From positions 62,868,001 through 62,932,000 of the forward strand of contig OX597815.1 of NCBI GenBank assembly GCA_951406725.2: a stretch of DNA of 64,000 nt, written 5' to 3'. The stretch is from Octopus vulgaris. Its lineage: Eukaryota. Each line of letters opens with the position of its first letter. Within the stretch, counting starts at the first letter, position 1. Made by a program: the position numbers and the translations under genes. Positions 14,259-30,066 of this stretch are shown one piece after another. Under the pieces are notes generated by a model. The model was not told the origin of the DNA. It saw nothing but the letters and a program-made list of their open reading frames with translations, and ran no database searches.

Positions 14259-14544
14259 TACCTTTGGATATTCTTGTTGCTTATTTTGATATATATATAT
14301 ATGTGTGTGTGTGTGTATGCATACATATATACATACATACATGCATACATACATACATACATACATACATACATACAAACAATATGAGATTCTACTAGAG
14401 TAGATGCAAGCGCTTATATATGATTTATAGGAACATGTGACATAAAAATCTGTAAATGTAAAACCATCCAGGTTTCTGAGTACCTTATTTCTTCTAATAT
14501 ATAATACCTGTACATCGCCCCAAACCTTCTAATATATAAAGATG

Positions 14545-14595
<51 letters not shown>

Positions 14596-14776
14596 CATAT
14601 AATGCTGAATGCTGAAATTGTTCAACTGTCGCAATAGATATTTTCGTTCATTTAACCTTGTCTTGCTACTAATTCCTACTTTTATAAAACTACTCTTCTT
14701 TTAAGTTCTTTATTTTCATAAAATTAGCTGGCGATAGACGTGTTACATACGTACGTACATACATATATGCATATGC

Positions 14777-14841
<65 letters not shown>

Positions 14842-14856
14842 CATATATATATATAC

Positions 14857-14921
<65 letters not shown>

Positions 14922-14931
14922 TACATATGTA

Positions 14932-15324
14932 TAGGCATAGGAGTGGCTGTGTGCTAAGTAGCTTGTTTACCAACTACATAGTTCCGGGTTTAGTCCTAAT
15001 GCGTGGCACCTAGGGCAAGTGTCTTCTACTATAGCCTCGGGCCGACCAAAGCCTTGTGCGTGGATTTAGTAGGGGGAAACTGAAAGAAGTCCGTCATATA
15101 TATATGTATGTATATATATGTATGTGTGTGTATGTGTTTGTGCGTTTGTGTTTGTCCCCCTAACATCGCTTGACAACTGGTGTTGGTGTGTTTACGATGT
15201 CGAATCTTAATGGCATAAATAAATACTGGGATTGATTCATTTGACTAAAAATAAATTCTCCAAGGCGGTACCCCAGCATGGCCACATTCTAATGACTGAA
15301 GCAAGTAAAACCAAAAAGGAAATA

Positions 15325-15325
<1 letters not shown>
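14932..15325 (+). mobile_element. tRNA-derived SINE, family A (best copy)
   Basis: Head ggcataggagtggctgtgtgctaagtagc...ccgggtttagtcc (A/B-box-like), CORE-like cctagggcaagtg, internal (TA/TG)n, and the conserved 3' end. Confidence 0.8.
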
Positions 15326-15370
<45 letters not shown>

Positions 15371-15401
15371 GTATATAACAACGTTGTGTATGTATATATA
15401 T

Positions 15402-15458
<57 letters not shown>

Positions 15459-15902
15459 CACAACGTTGTTATATTCTGGGTGCCATATGTACGTTTCTTT
15501 GATATTTCTACTAATCTTCCCTCCATCCCAACCACAGAAATCTTATATTTGTTTATTGTTGTCTCTTTCAGTTCAATTTTTTCTTTATTTACTCAAAGGA
15601 CTTGTCTTACGTTCGGGGTGAAACGTTTGGTTTCTTCGCAAACACGTTGGTGTTCTGTTTTTTTTCTTTTCTTTTTTTTATCTATAAATCCTCTGTTATG
15701 TTTTGGCGTGGATCTCTTGTTCAAGCTACTCTGGCGTCTCCGGAATGTCTTCAAATGTTGTACAATATAGATACTTATTTTTTTATTCTATTCTGCTGGT
15801 TTTTCTATTGTTCTACTTTTGTTTGACTTTTCCGGATTTCACAAACAATAGGCATATTCGTGTTTTCCTTCCATCGTTTTTACACGAAATCTATTAACAA
15901 CG

Positions 15903-15991
<89 letters not shown>

Positions 15992-16584
15992 AAGAAGAAA
16001 AAGAAGAAGAAGAAAGACAATACACAACACGTATTCTGCGTATTCGTTAATCACAGCCAAATATAACAACACAAACCAAGCAACTCACTTTACACAATCA
16101 TTAAACGATGATACAACGCACACTCTAACATAAATGGTAGCCATTTTATTGGAACACAATCTCAAACAACTTATTAACGATACAAATGATAGCCAATAAT
16201 ATATTTACATTCTACACATTCAACACACGGCACTGTAACACGTAACCCAACTCTCTCGGCATATATCTACATAATTACCACATGACATAAACTTATCCGA
16301 TACATGTAGGCGAATATTACTGCCCAACATATACTACAGTTTTGAGAATTGTTTTAGGTTCCTTTGGAGTTGAAAGGACAAAATAAGAAACAGTCAGGTC
16401 GATGTACTCTGAATCGAGGATAAAAAAATCTTACATAAATGATGCAAAATGAAATGGTACAAAAATGTGACGAAGAATCCTCCAGATCCGAGTTAATCTT
16501 ACAGATGAAAACAAATGCCTTTTTCCAGATGCAGCGTTCGTCCTATCGTGTATGGCGAAAATAGTCTACTCACACGTAGAAGTC

Positions 16585-16800
16585 AAAACCAAGTGTTTGG
16601 TAACACAAGGCCAGGAGTTCATAGTGGGGGGTGGGTGACAGTTGATCCCAGTGGTCAAGAAGTACTCTATTTTATCGCCCCCAATAAGGTGAAAAACATA
16701 GTCGGCCTCAGCAAGATTTGAACTCAGAACATAGATACTCGGAAGAAATGTTGCTAAACATTGTGTCCAACGCACTAAGGATTCTGGCAGCTGGCCAATT

Positions 16801-16849
<49 letters not shown>

Positions 16850-17043
16850 ACTACTACTACTACAGACTGAAAGCCTTAAATTTTGATAGAGCGGATTAGT
16901 CCCAGTACTTGACTGGTACTTTACTTTATCGACACCCCAAAAGCAAAGTCGACCTCAGCGGAACTTGAGCCCAGAACATAAAAGCGGACGAAATGCCGCA
17001 AAAGCAGTTTGTCCGTAGTGCTAACCGTTCTACCAGCTTGCCA
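16585..17043 (-). mobile_element. Two tandem SINE family B copies separated by (TAC/TGC)n
   Basis: Reverse-complement head ...agctgccagaatc(c/g)ttag...gagttcaaat... plus the gtcgac body, present twice. Confidence 0.7.
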
Positions 17044-17054
17044 CAATGTAATAG

Positions 17055-17160
17055 ATGATAATGATGATGACGACGATGACAACGACGACGACGACGAAGA
17101 CAACGACGACAACGACGACGATGATGATGGCGATGATAGTTGTGGTGCTGGTGGTGGTGG

Positions 17161-17194
<34 letters not shown>

Positions 17195-17460
17195 AATGAT
17201 GATGATGGATGTTGAAGCTGACGATGATCATGGGGATGATGATGAATATGATGATGATACTGATGACGACAACGATAAGAATGATGATGAAGTTGATATT
17301 GAAGCTGCTGCTGCTGATGATGATGATAATGATAACGATTAATATTATGTTGATGATAAGGAGGGGGAGGAGCATGATGATGATGATGACTACGACGACG
17401 ACGACGACGACGACGATGATGATGATGATGATGATTGTTACTGCTGTTGATGCTGTTGTA
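17055..17460. repeat. (GAT/GAC)n trinucleotide low-complexity tract
   Basis: Directly visible in the sequence. Confidence 0.9.
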
Positions 17461-17858
17461 GTTTCATAACAACAGAAATTCAAACTCCAAATCACAAATA
17501 TCGAACAGATTGTAACGACTATGTTCCGTGTCTCTATCCCCATCCCCCACCACCACGCTCGCCATCTTTCCAAGATGTCTACTCTACTCCATGTCTATTC
17601 TCCTCTCACCATGCAACTACTTTCTTCACTGTCTGCGAGATGTCATCATTTACCGTTATTTCTACGTCAACCTTCATTATATACATGCTGGGTTTAGCTA
17701 ATTACTTCAGGTCACACATACACACACGCGCGCGCACACATACATACACGCAAACACACACGCACACACACACGCAAACACACACACATACACCTCTCTC
17801 TCCCTCCCCCCTCTCTCTGTCTCTATCTCCCCCCTATCTCTGTCTCTCTCTCCCTATA

Positions 17859-17923
<65 letters not shown>

Positions 17924-18059
17924 TAGATATGATATATATATAGAAACACGTATGCATATATACATAGATACACATCCATACATAATATACATACACACCT
18001 CAATACTTACGCACATACAAACATACAAGTATATATATATATATATATATATCAATATC

Positions 18060-18150
<91 letters not shown>

Positions 18151-19743
18151 GTATATTCCACATGAAACACTGATTGCATCACGCAAATCTCGTTTTCTTC
18201 GTTGACTGCTGCTACATTTGTTGTTGTTGTATTGTATATTGTTGTTACAAGTTATGTAATTGCACTGGGTTGTTGTTGGTGTTGTTATTGGGTTGGTGGC
18301 GGCACTGGTGATGGTAGTGGTGTTAGGGGTTGTTGTGTTGCTGTTGCAGGTTGAGATATTGTTATCAAAGTTTGTGCTGCCGTTACGGATTATGCAATCG
18401 TCGTGTAGTAGTAGTATTAGTAGTAGTAGTAGGGGTCGTGGCGATGGTTGTGGTGGTGGTGGTGGTGGTGGTGGTGGTGGTGGTGGTAGTGGTGATAGCG
18501 GTGAGGGTCGTAGTATTAGCCAACAGCAACAGCTTGTTTTTGTTGTAAGGTTGCCATATGATGTTCTTGTTATTGTAGATTGTAGTGTTGGTTCTGTTGT
18601 TGCTTTTGTTATTGTCCAACTGAAATCTGACGGAGCACACTTATGATCAAAGTAGTCTAGCCATGACCATTCCGCTGGTATACAAAGGAACATTTCTATT
18701 TAAGTGGTTTGATTAGAAGATCTGCGCGTAAAGAGGCAAACTTTATTTAATGTCGAGGGCAGCAATACAGTTTTTATGAAATTTCTTGCGGGCGACAATC
18801 CATTGGTGAGTGACATATAAGAGCAGACCTTCAGTTGATCTGATTTTGTGAGTTTCATGAAGGAAGAAGAGAAATTCAAGTTGATGGAGATAACTGTTGT
18901 TGGCAGTGGTCATCTCACACATTTGAGATGTGAAATGAGAATTGACGGGGTAAGAGTTTTTAATTCTGTAAGGAATGAGAGGTATAATATTTTGTTTTTA
19001 CCGATCAAAATTTATCTTTAAGCCCTTGAGGAGAGCGAGAGATGATAGGAGCTAGTTTCAGGAAATCAATTTTTGTGAGTATTTGAAAGGATATTGCCAG
19101 GGCTGTGTTGTTATGAAGTGCTCAAGGGTGTTTTCATACTTGAAGTGTAAGTGTAGATAGCACTAGGCCAGGTGGAGTGGGAAAGGATAGAATTTGTGGA
19201 TGTATACCTTATGTATGGGGACAAAAATAGGGGTTTCCAGCAGGTGCACTGCTCATAGGACTCACTGCAAGTAGGACTCACTGCTCAGATTTTCGAAAGA
19301 CGTGCAAAAGAAACTGACGAGCATCCTCCAAATCCAATCTATTAGCGGCACAATAAAAATTTACAAGACATTCCAAAGAATCTCTATTTGAGATTCATTA
19401 AATGAATTTATGCAAATGCTTGATTGTGTGCATCTACAGAGACGCATGTGTAAATTGTAATTATGCACACAAACGCACGCAAGCAAACGCACTCAACGCA
19501 TTCAAGAGCCTAATTACTAAAGAGATATATTCACTTTGTTAGCGACCGTCTTGAATATTATAAACTTAAATAAATCTCAAAGGAAAAATACATACCTATA
19601 CACATACATTCGTCCAAAATCTACCAACCACTAAACGTCGAAATCCTGCCATAAATTAAGTCTGCATACAAGAGGTAGATTACATCATTGGAGTTGGGAA
19701 GGAGATTCTCAGAAAGAATTCCCTTACTGATAACCAGAGGTAT

Positions 19744-19954
19744 ATAAAGAGGTGCTGAAAATTTGAGTAAAAGAAAATACAGGACAATCAGTTAATCATG
19801 ATTTTATTCAGCATATTCGCCTTCTCAGATTCACACACTTATTACCGCTAGCCTTCAGGTTTTCTAATCCCTGTAAAAGAACTTGGAAGGTTGGGCATCC
19901 AACCTGTTTTTCGCAATACCCTTAAAGCCAGGAACTTTTCAACACCTCCTTGTA
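19744..19954. mobile_element. Mariner-derived MITE
   Basis: Imperfect TIRs ta.aagaggtgctgaaaa ... ttttcaacacctccttgta. Confidence 0.55.
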
Positions 19955-20099
19955 CATCCAAAGGGGTTGTAGAATTCTACAGCAACAAATCATCAGAAGT
20001 GATGCTGCATGCATAGCGGTTAAAGGCCATATATGGCTACCTTTTCCAGAGGTTTTCAAAATGACAATCACATTAACAAATAGATTAGTCAATCTTGGA

Positions 20100-20810
20100 C
20101 TTACAACTGGAATATTAGCTCTTAGTTAGAAGGACCTGCTTTGAAATACAGGACTAGGAAATAATCACAAAAAATTTGCTGTACAAAAAATGAATACAGG
20201 AATACAGGTAAATCATCTTCATGTCACAACTGTTGCAAGCCTTGATGTTACCCGCATCATAAGTAGCTGCCCGAAAATGCCCTCTCAATATTACCTACCA
20301 ATGAAACATGATGTCATGGCTAGAACGTTATATGGTGAAATCCGTACACGGGGTACTCCAGATGAGACAGATACATAATAAGCTATATAAAACGATGTAA
20401 AGGGCATGATTTTACGAAGGAATCCTGGTGGAATGTCCCTGTCAAGATTTCAATAAAATGCAAGTTAAACATACCACATATAAAGATCTGGGTCTTAGAA
20501 AAGAAACGGTGCAGAGAACTTGGAATCAGTTTCCCAGCTGATGTCAACATAACGCTAAAGATTAGTGAAAAAGAGACCATCTATGCCAAACCGATAAGAG
20601 ATTTGTAGTTCTTCCATTCTGAATTTAAGTTTCGTTATCTAGCCATAACTATTGGAGCACTTGATTCCGTGACAAACAGTCCCACAACCAATGTTGAGAA
20701 GCTGGAGGTCACAAAGACAGGAAAAATATATCTAATTAGATTACACCTAGAAACAGCCCAAGGTATTGTCAAAATATATAAAACATTCATAAGGTTTAGC
20801 ATGGAATTCG
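20100..20810 (+). mobile_element. Decayed R4/Dong-like RLE domain fragment
   Basis: DVTRIISSCPKMPSQYYLPMKHDVMARTLY...WWNVPVK...ISFPADVNITLKISEKETIY...IGAL, with frameshifts. Confidence 0.7.
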
Positions 20811-20913
20811 ATACACGAGTGAAATGCTGTCGATGCCTATACCCAAGTGTATATGAACACATTCGTATGTATATACATACATGTAGATGAATAATTGCAC
20901 ATACATACATACA

Positions 20914-20944
<31 letters not shown>

Positions 20945-21205
20945 CATTAATAGAAATACATGTGATTAGGTACACACACACAAACACATACATGATGACC
21001 TACAACGTAATACAGGATTAAATTATGTGTGTATGTGCGTACGTAAGAATACATGTATACATGCATACATGCAAACATACATGCACACATACATTTATAC
21101 ATCATAAATACATACTCATAGACATACATAGAAAATGCTTTTTCTCTCCCAAATATATAATTGAGTAGATAGCCAGTCAAAAGAATCTAAAACTTTAATT
21201 GGTAA

Positions 21206-21314
<109 letters not shown>

Positions 21315-21351
21315 GCTTATACTGCATACGCAAGCACACACAAGCGCCCGG

Positions 21352-21394
<43 letters not shown>

Positions 21395-21980
21395 AAACAC
21401 ATACATACAACCGGACATACAAAAATGCATACATACACTGATACACTCACGCGCGCGCACAAACTACATATTCTAAGTATTCGAAGTAAATCAAATCTAA
21501 AGAATTCTTCGCCGTTTCTCTTCTGTGATGCATTGAATCTTGACTGCCACTTGAGGTAAAGACCTTCACCTAATTCCTCATTGCTTATTCACTTATCATT
21601 CTCATTCAATCATTCAGTCTCTCATTCATTTAGTCTTTCTTCCATGCCTTCTTTCATTCTCACACTTAATTTTTTTATCTTAAAACACACGTACACATGA
21701 ATGTAGAACCATTGAGGTGTGCACACCTTCACGCACACATGTCCACATGTACATGAAACACACATACACACACACACAGACACTCCTGTGTTTGTATAAA
21801 TATATATACTTACATACGTGTGTGAAAGTCTGTGTATTTATACATATATATGTGTGTGTGTGTAAATATATTATACAAATATATCTATATAGATGCACAT
21901 GTGTAGACATATAGATAGATAGATAGATACAGAGATGGATAGACAGATATACCTAGAGATATAGTATCTATATATATATA

Positions 21981-22031
<51 letters not shown>

Positions 22032-22050
22032 ATATATGTATATATATATG

Positions 22051-22117
<67 letters not shown>

Positions 22118-22437
22118 CTAACTCTATTCCATTCTCACAATTTCCTCCAACAGTATTTCTTGGAGAATTCCGCATTCTTTACGATTTAGCATATTATGTG
22201 TATATATTATATTATATGTTACATTATTATATATTATAGACACACTTTCCTGTGCACCGAAATTCTATAAACAATCTGTCAGCGCAAAAGACTTAAATTA
22301 ATACAAGGTATTATTCAAGGGGAAGTCGATTATTTACTGCAGTTACTTCCGCCTCTCTTTCATTTACTCTTACTACATCTCAATCATACTCTGTAGTGAT
22401 CTTTGTCGGTATACATAAGCCACCATGTTTGCACGTA

Positions 22438-22499
<62 letters not shown>

Positions 22500-22702
22500 C
22501 ATACACACACACATAAATGCATGCAGATACATCTACACTTGGTTACTGATCGTTCGTATTTTCTATAAATTTATCGAACTTTTGTAAGAAGTACAATATA
22601 AAATGTTATTCCTAAAAATCTGGTTTAAAGTAGTAAGACTAAAGCGAACTAAACTTTTCAGCATTTTAATTTAACTTCGCCACCGCTTCTCACATATTCT
22701 TT

Positions 22703-23083
22703 TCTAATCTAGGAACAAGGCCCGAAATTTTGGGGTAGGGGGCCAGTCGATTAGATCGGCCCCTGTACGCAACTGGTACTTAACTTATTGACCCCGAAAG
22801 GATGACAGGAAAAGTCGACCTCGGTGCAATTTGAACTCAGATCGAAAAGACAGACGAAATGCCTATTTCTTTACTACCCACAAGGGGCTAAACACAGAGA
22901 AGACAAACAAGGACAAACAAACGGATTAAGTCTATTATATCGACCCCAGTGCGTAACTGGTACTTATTTAATCGACCCCGAAAGGATGAAAGGCAAAGTC
23001 GACCTCGGCGGAATTTGAACTCAGACGAAATACGGCCACGCATTTCGCCCGACGTGCTAACGCATCTGCCAGCTCGCCGCCCT
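22703..23083 (-). mobile_element. SINE family B with duplicated body
   Basis: Two successive gcgtaactggtactta.tt.atcgaccccgaaaggatga..gg.aaagtcgacctcgg units followed by the head ...ctgccagctcgccgcc. Confidence 0.8.
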
Positions 23084-23356
23084 CCGCTTGACATATTTTT
23101 TCTTACAGCTGGAGTACATGTTTCACAATTTAACTTTTCTCTCTCTTTCTGGCTCTCTCACCCCCTCTCTCTCTCTCTACCTCTACCTTTGTCTGTCTCT
23201 CTTCCTCACTCACTTTCCTTCTTCCTCTGGCTTTAATTCTTCATTTCTTTCCTGCCGGTTTTAACCCTGTCTTTTTATATGCATATCTTTTTTATGTTTG
23301 TGACTCACTCTCTAATTGTGTTCGTGTTCGCATATGTATGTGTATGTGTATATATA

Positions 23357-24066
<710 letters not shown>

Positions 24067-24189
24067 GTGTGTGTGCGTGCGTGTGTGTGCGTGTGTGTGC
24101 GTGTGTGTGTGTGTGTGTGCGTGTGTGTTTCTCAAATGGCTTATAAAAATCCTCCACGCTGCAATTGTTTATATATTGTGGAGTATTGA

Positions 24190-24312
<123 letters not shown>

Positions 24313-25409
24313 AGGACATTTTTGCTCAGTTGTCTTTCTTTCAGGTGCTGATGTGCAACATTTGAAACTAAACATTTAAAGCATCGAACCCACCACTGAG
24401 CCCCTGGTGTTCTGGAGGATCTGAAAAGCTGATGTCTCTGTCTGTTCCTTAAGACTCTGCAAGTAAAAGGAAAATAATGCAATGTTAGTCAATTTCTTCA
24501 CCTGAAAACTCGGACTTTTCTACCTTAGACATATTTGTCGTATTTGATGACTAAATGACGCATGATTATATCAAACGAATCTCTATTTTAGCAGCGCATA
24601 TTTAGGAAAAAGTGAGCGTCAGGGACAAAATTAGCTTATTAGTTTGACAAAATTAGCAAAACTTCATGTACAGGACCCGGGGTACTTTTTAAGACAACTT
24701 CTGGACAAACGCATGTATCATATATACCATCAAATCAGTAAGAAAAATGGCATTAGCGATTATTGATATAGACGTGTACGTATATCTAGGGAGAGAAAAT
24801 GTTAGTTTAGAAGTCGCCCATCATAAACGTTCTGTTTTCCTGATTTTAGATGTCTAAGGAGTGGATTTCCTATTCAGAGCAGTCAAGTATCTCAAAGATT
24901 GTTATCGGTACTTTTAATGCAGAGGTAATGTGGAATAAAATATCAATGTATGTACGTACGTATGTATGTATGTATGTATGTATGTATGTATGTATGTATG
25001 TATGTATGTATGTATGTATGTATGTATGTATGTATGTATGTATGTATGTATGTATTTGTTTGTCTACCTAACTATCTATCTATCTATGCATGTAAGTATG
25101 CAAGTATGTATGTATTAATGTATATATGCATGCATGCGTGTTTGCATGTATGTTCGTATCTATATATGCATTTGCGTATGTATATATGTTTGCATTCATA
25201 TAAGAGTATATGAATAACATGTAGTGTGCATGCAGTTATCTATGAATGTATATATGTTTGTATATGTTCAAAAATATATCACAAAACTACGATGTCCCGT
25301 ATTTCATCCCGCTACATGGCGCCACGGGCAACTACCTTGTGCAAAAATCTTAACAAAATATCTCATGATGTAAATTTCCTCGTCAGAAGTATGTGAAGGA
25401 GTCATCTAT

Positions 25410-25467
<58 letters not shown>

Positions 25468-25539
25468 GTTTATCTGTCTATCTATTTTATTTTTATGCAT
25501 GTTTACATGTATGTATGTATATGTATGTATGTATGTATG

Positions 25540-25573
<34 letters not shown>

Positions 25574-27899
25574 TGTATGTATGCATACATGTATATATAT
25601 TTATATATTTATATATATTTATGACTATATATATAAACATACACAAGTGTGTGAGTGTATGAATTCGGCTGCATGTATACATGTGTGTTCGTGTGTGTGC
25701 TTTGAGTGTATGTATGCGCGTGCGTACATGTGTAAGTGTGTGTGCGTGCGTGTTTGTTTGTGTGTAAGTATGTGTGGGTATGTGTGTGTGTGTTCGTTCT
25801 TAATATATACTTAAATTCATATCTAGCAAGGTGTCACATCATGTATCTTCCATTATGTGCTGCTAGACTTGGCCATCAGATGGTGTGAGTGGGGGTCGGA
25901 GGGCGAGGACAGTGTCAGAGTTAGTGCAACTAGCGCAGGTTGAGTGCTAATGTAAGTGTGCAGCGAGTGGAAGAGACGGTGTTACCAGAAACGACGGAGG
26001 GACGGAGAGACGCAAGGATGGTGTGACTAATAGATGCAGCGATGATATCGGAGGAAATTGGTATTCCTGTTGGCTTTGCATGAAAGTGTTAATTCGGGGA
26101 AATAAATATATACAAACACCCCGAGAAAGACGCATTGAGGGCGAGAAAGAGAGAAGGGGAGATGGAGAGAGAGAGAGAGACGTGGAGAAAGAGACAGTGT
26201 GTGTGTGAGAGAGAGAGGAACAGTGAGAGTGGAAAATGAGTACAAGCTAGCAGTGGGTAAACAAATATACATATATTAACACATACATATATACATATGT
26301 AATTATACGTAAATATGTGTATACATATATATAAATTTATATTCATGTTGAGACATACATTCAAACATATATGTAAATATATATATATGTGTAAAATGCT
26401 ATAGATATGTATATATTTATATATTCAATGTATGAATGTAGAAATGTGTGCATGTATATATATACATAAATATATATATATATACATATATATATAGGTA
26501 TATATATATATATTTATGTATATATATATATATATATATATATACCTATATATATGTATATATATATATATATATGTATACATATATACATACATATATA
26601 CATATATACATATATATATATTTATATATATGTATATATATATATAGGAATATTTATCTACACACACATAAGCACAACACATGCACGCACAACACACACG
26701 CACAACACACACGAATAACACACAAGCAAGACACACACACAAGACACACACACAACAGATACACAACACACACACATACACACACACACCACACACGCAT
26801 GCCATAAATGAATTTCAATGAACAAAAATAAAGTACGAACATGACTGTAGCGTATAATATATAACATTCCATGGTGTGATTAGTGTGACTTGTGTTTCGT
26901 ATATTCACGCCTCCTCTTTGTATGACTGATTGACTGGTCATGCATTCGCATTTATGAATACACAGTTGGCCCCTGTTAATTCTGTTGGCTTTTGTGTTAT
27001 ATTATGCCATCTGGGAGTACAGCTGGTACTCACTTTTGGACACTTCTTAAAGAAAATGTTTCTTGTAGTGTTGTTTTATGGGGTGGGGGGTTATATATTA
27101 GAGATGTATAATTATTGACTTCATTTTTAAGAAAATAGAGGTGTAAGTCAAATACTAAGGTGTGTCCTTAGTATTAAAAAATATTCTCCAGTAGTAAAAG
27201 AGTTATATTGTTATAGTAAAAAAGGCCTGCCCTGTTAGTATCATAAGCTGGTATGTATGTTAAGTGTAAATTAACATACCGGATGACAAAATTATAAGAA
27301 ATCATGCAGTGAGAAAAAAGGAATATTTTAATCTTTATAAAGATAATGACTGAGATATTTATTGGTTGGTTCATTTCGCCAGTAAAACTTTCTATCGAAT
27401 ATAGAAAGAGGGAAAGTGAATACAAAAGAATTACAGAGACCATAGCGACGAGGATTAAAAGATGAGTACGCATACTAGGCTTGATGGCCGGTAGTGAACA
27501 ACGGAACATTATACACAAACATAGAGTCAATGAGAAAGAATCATTGAGACAGAGAAGGAAGAAGGAGAAAAGAAGTGACCTATTAATTATTAGAGGAGTT
27601 ATGGAAATTAGAAATTTGTCCAATTTAAATTTATTTCAGGATTAAAATATTTTCAGTTGAAAATTAATATTCATTTCATCGTTTTGTGTAAGCAGCAAGA
27701 TATTTTATAAAAGTTCATTTATAATTACTGTATGTATAATATATTTCCTGATATTACGATTGGTGGCAAAAGTATACTTTCAAAGCTACATATGACGGGT
27801 AACACTCTAGTATTAACAGCAATTCTTGGAAACAGAGAGAATTCCTAAATTAATATTGATAATCAATTAAGCGGGAATAAAGAAGGAGAAGTGAATTAA

Positions 27900-28800
27900 A
27901 CTAAACATATATCACAAATAAAAAAGGCCTTGGTGTCGCAATTAGCCAGTGACCTTGATAAAAAATACATTCCGTTATGTAATATTCATTTTTACAGTGG
28001 CAGAAGCATGTCAAAAAATAGTTTCAAACAAAGCATTCTTCATCAAAATACATATTGGTATATAAAATTGCCTTTCGCACTTACGCGTAACGAAATTTTG
28101 AGAGGATATATCTGATTTCTGCAGCAAAACAGTAACGGCTATGTCAATTTCAGAAAAGGAATTATAGTTCTTTAAGTCAGATGTTAGTGGAGACAATTGT
28201 TTAGGTTTACTTTTTATGAAATCCCTTTTACTTTTATACTCTCAGACTTTATATTACATTCAGAGACATAAAGTTCCAAATCTGATTGCAATGTCTTTTA
28301 CAAGATATCTTATTTGTTGTTACCATTTCCAATCAAACTTACGTATCATAGAAAACCTCATCTCAGTTTTTTATTGTTCATCTCCAGAAGTTAGTCTTCT
28401 GTTAGTATTAAAGGTATTTGTCACTTTTAAAGCTATCTCTACAGATTTTCAATAGAAATTTTTATCCAGCACTGATTTGTGGCGACGTTTCGTGCACGAA
28501 TGTCTATTTAAACTATGCCATCGAAGATAGAAAAATAGGTAATGCGTGTGTATACATATCTCAGGATTCTTGCTCCTTCTTCAGCACTACAACCATTAAA
28601 GATTTATAAGCCTTTAAAATACTTGGTAGTATATTATTGTTCCATTACAAAATACGGTGTCTCTACCAGCAATTAATATGAAGATGTTTCTGATCAGTTC
28701 ACCTTGCGAGGTGGTACCGTGTAATTGTTTATTTAAAAAATTTTCCCATTCTTCCATATCATTCGATGTGGTGAGCCAGAGTGATAATAAGATACCTGCC
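27900..28800 (-). pseudogene. Possible very decayed DNA-transposase (hAT-like) remnant
   Basis: Weak motif echoes only (EIDIAVTVLLQKSDISSQNFVTRKCERQFY); many stops. Confidence 0.25.
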
Positions 28801-28848
28801 CGGATTTCAAATCCCTATTCCATACACACACACACACATACATATATA

Positions 28849-28982
<134 letters not shown>

Positions 28983-29124
28983 GGTCCCGGGTTGATTTGG
29001 GGTTAACCACAGTAAATAAGGTACTCAATACATAGCAGAGTAAAATTAATTTATTATATAGAAGGAGCTTCTATATAAGCTTCTACAGTTCTAGTCCTGT
29101 AGAAGCTCCTTATATATACTAAAT

Positions 29125-29177
<53 letters not shown>

Positions 29178-29438
29178 TATATGTATGTATATACAGAGAA
29201 AGAGAGACAGAGACAGAGACAGAGTAAGAGAGAGAATATGAGGGGTTTAGTTAAGTTGTGATCTAAACGAATACGTATGTTGGGTAAGTGCTATAGCTAG
29301 GTTCCAAGATCACAGGTAAAGCTGGATCTAGGTATCCGTGTTAGGGTTCCGCTATAGCAGGTATATATTATATTAGAGGGAAAATCGAAACCAAGACAGA
29401 ACGAGTATTTCAAGTCTTTTAGAATAACTTAATTTGAA

Positions 29439-29514
29439 GTCTTACACCCGTTTCTGGGATAACCCAAGTGGTAGATTAGCATGTCCATGCACTGGGTAAA
29501 CCGTCATCAGAGAC
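29439..29514 (-). ncRNA. Type I hammerhead ribozyme motif
   Basis: gtct-CTGATGA-cggtttacccagtg...cacttgggttatccca-GAAAC-gggt-GTA-agac. Confidence 0.7.
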
Positions 29515-29920
29515 AATTTATATATTCTTTTTTATTCTTATTTTTTACCTCCTTACTTCTATCTTATTTTATTTTTATTTCCTTTCTCCTCTCTCCCATA
29601 CACACTCACTCACAAAATCCATTTATGATATATCTATCATTACCTGTACTTTTATTTTATTATTTTTATTATTAATATTTTTAAAATTTATTCTTATTTT
29701 TTGCCCTTTTATCACTCTCTTATTTTTTATTTATTTCTCCTCTCTCTCTCTCTCTCTCTCTCTCATACACCCACTCACAAAACCCATTTGAGTCCATCAT
29801 ACTTTCTATATATATTCTACTTTATTCCTTATTCTACTTTATTCTACTTTATTCCTTATAAACTGTAAATTTTATTTCTTGTAAACAGTAAATTTTCCCG
29901 TCCTAAAATATTCATACCTT

Positions 29921-29996
29921 GTCTCTGATGACTGAATACCCAGTGCATGAATATGCTAACCTACCACTTGGGTTATTCCAGAAACGGATGTAAGAT
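29921..29996 (+). ncRNA. Type I hammerhead ribozyme motif
   Basis: gtct-CTGATGA-ctgaatacccagtg...cacttgggttattcca-GAAAC-ggat-GTA-agat. Confidence 0.7.
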
Positions 29997-30066
29997 TTCA
30001 AATTAAATTATTCTATACGACTTGAGATACTCGTCCTGCCTTGGTTTTGAGTTTTCCTCTAGTATA

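Larger units (their letters stand above)
13910..14290. mobile_element. Fold-back element (arms 13995-14131 / 14152-14288, ~85-nt one-sided tail) embedded in (TA)n; probable PLE inverted pseudo-LTR
   Basis: Near-perfect ~135-bp inverted arms with a ~20-nt loop; a hammerhead motif in each arm. Confidence 0.8.
29270..30066. mobile_element. Fold-back element (arms 29369-29530 / 29905-30066, pyrimidine-rich spacer) with a hammerhead in each arm; probable PLE inverted pseudo-LTR
   Basis: About 160-bp inverted arms; see the ribozyme features. Confidence 0.8.

Noticed and set aside
24340-24470. Splice-acceptor/donor-like bounded segment
   Set aside because: No convincing coding frame or other support; such signals are common by chance.
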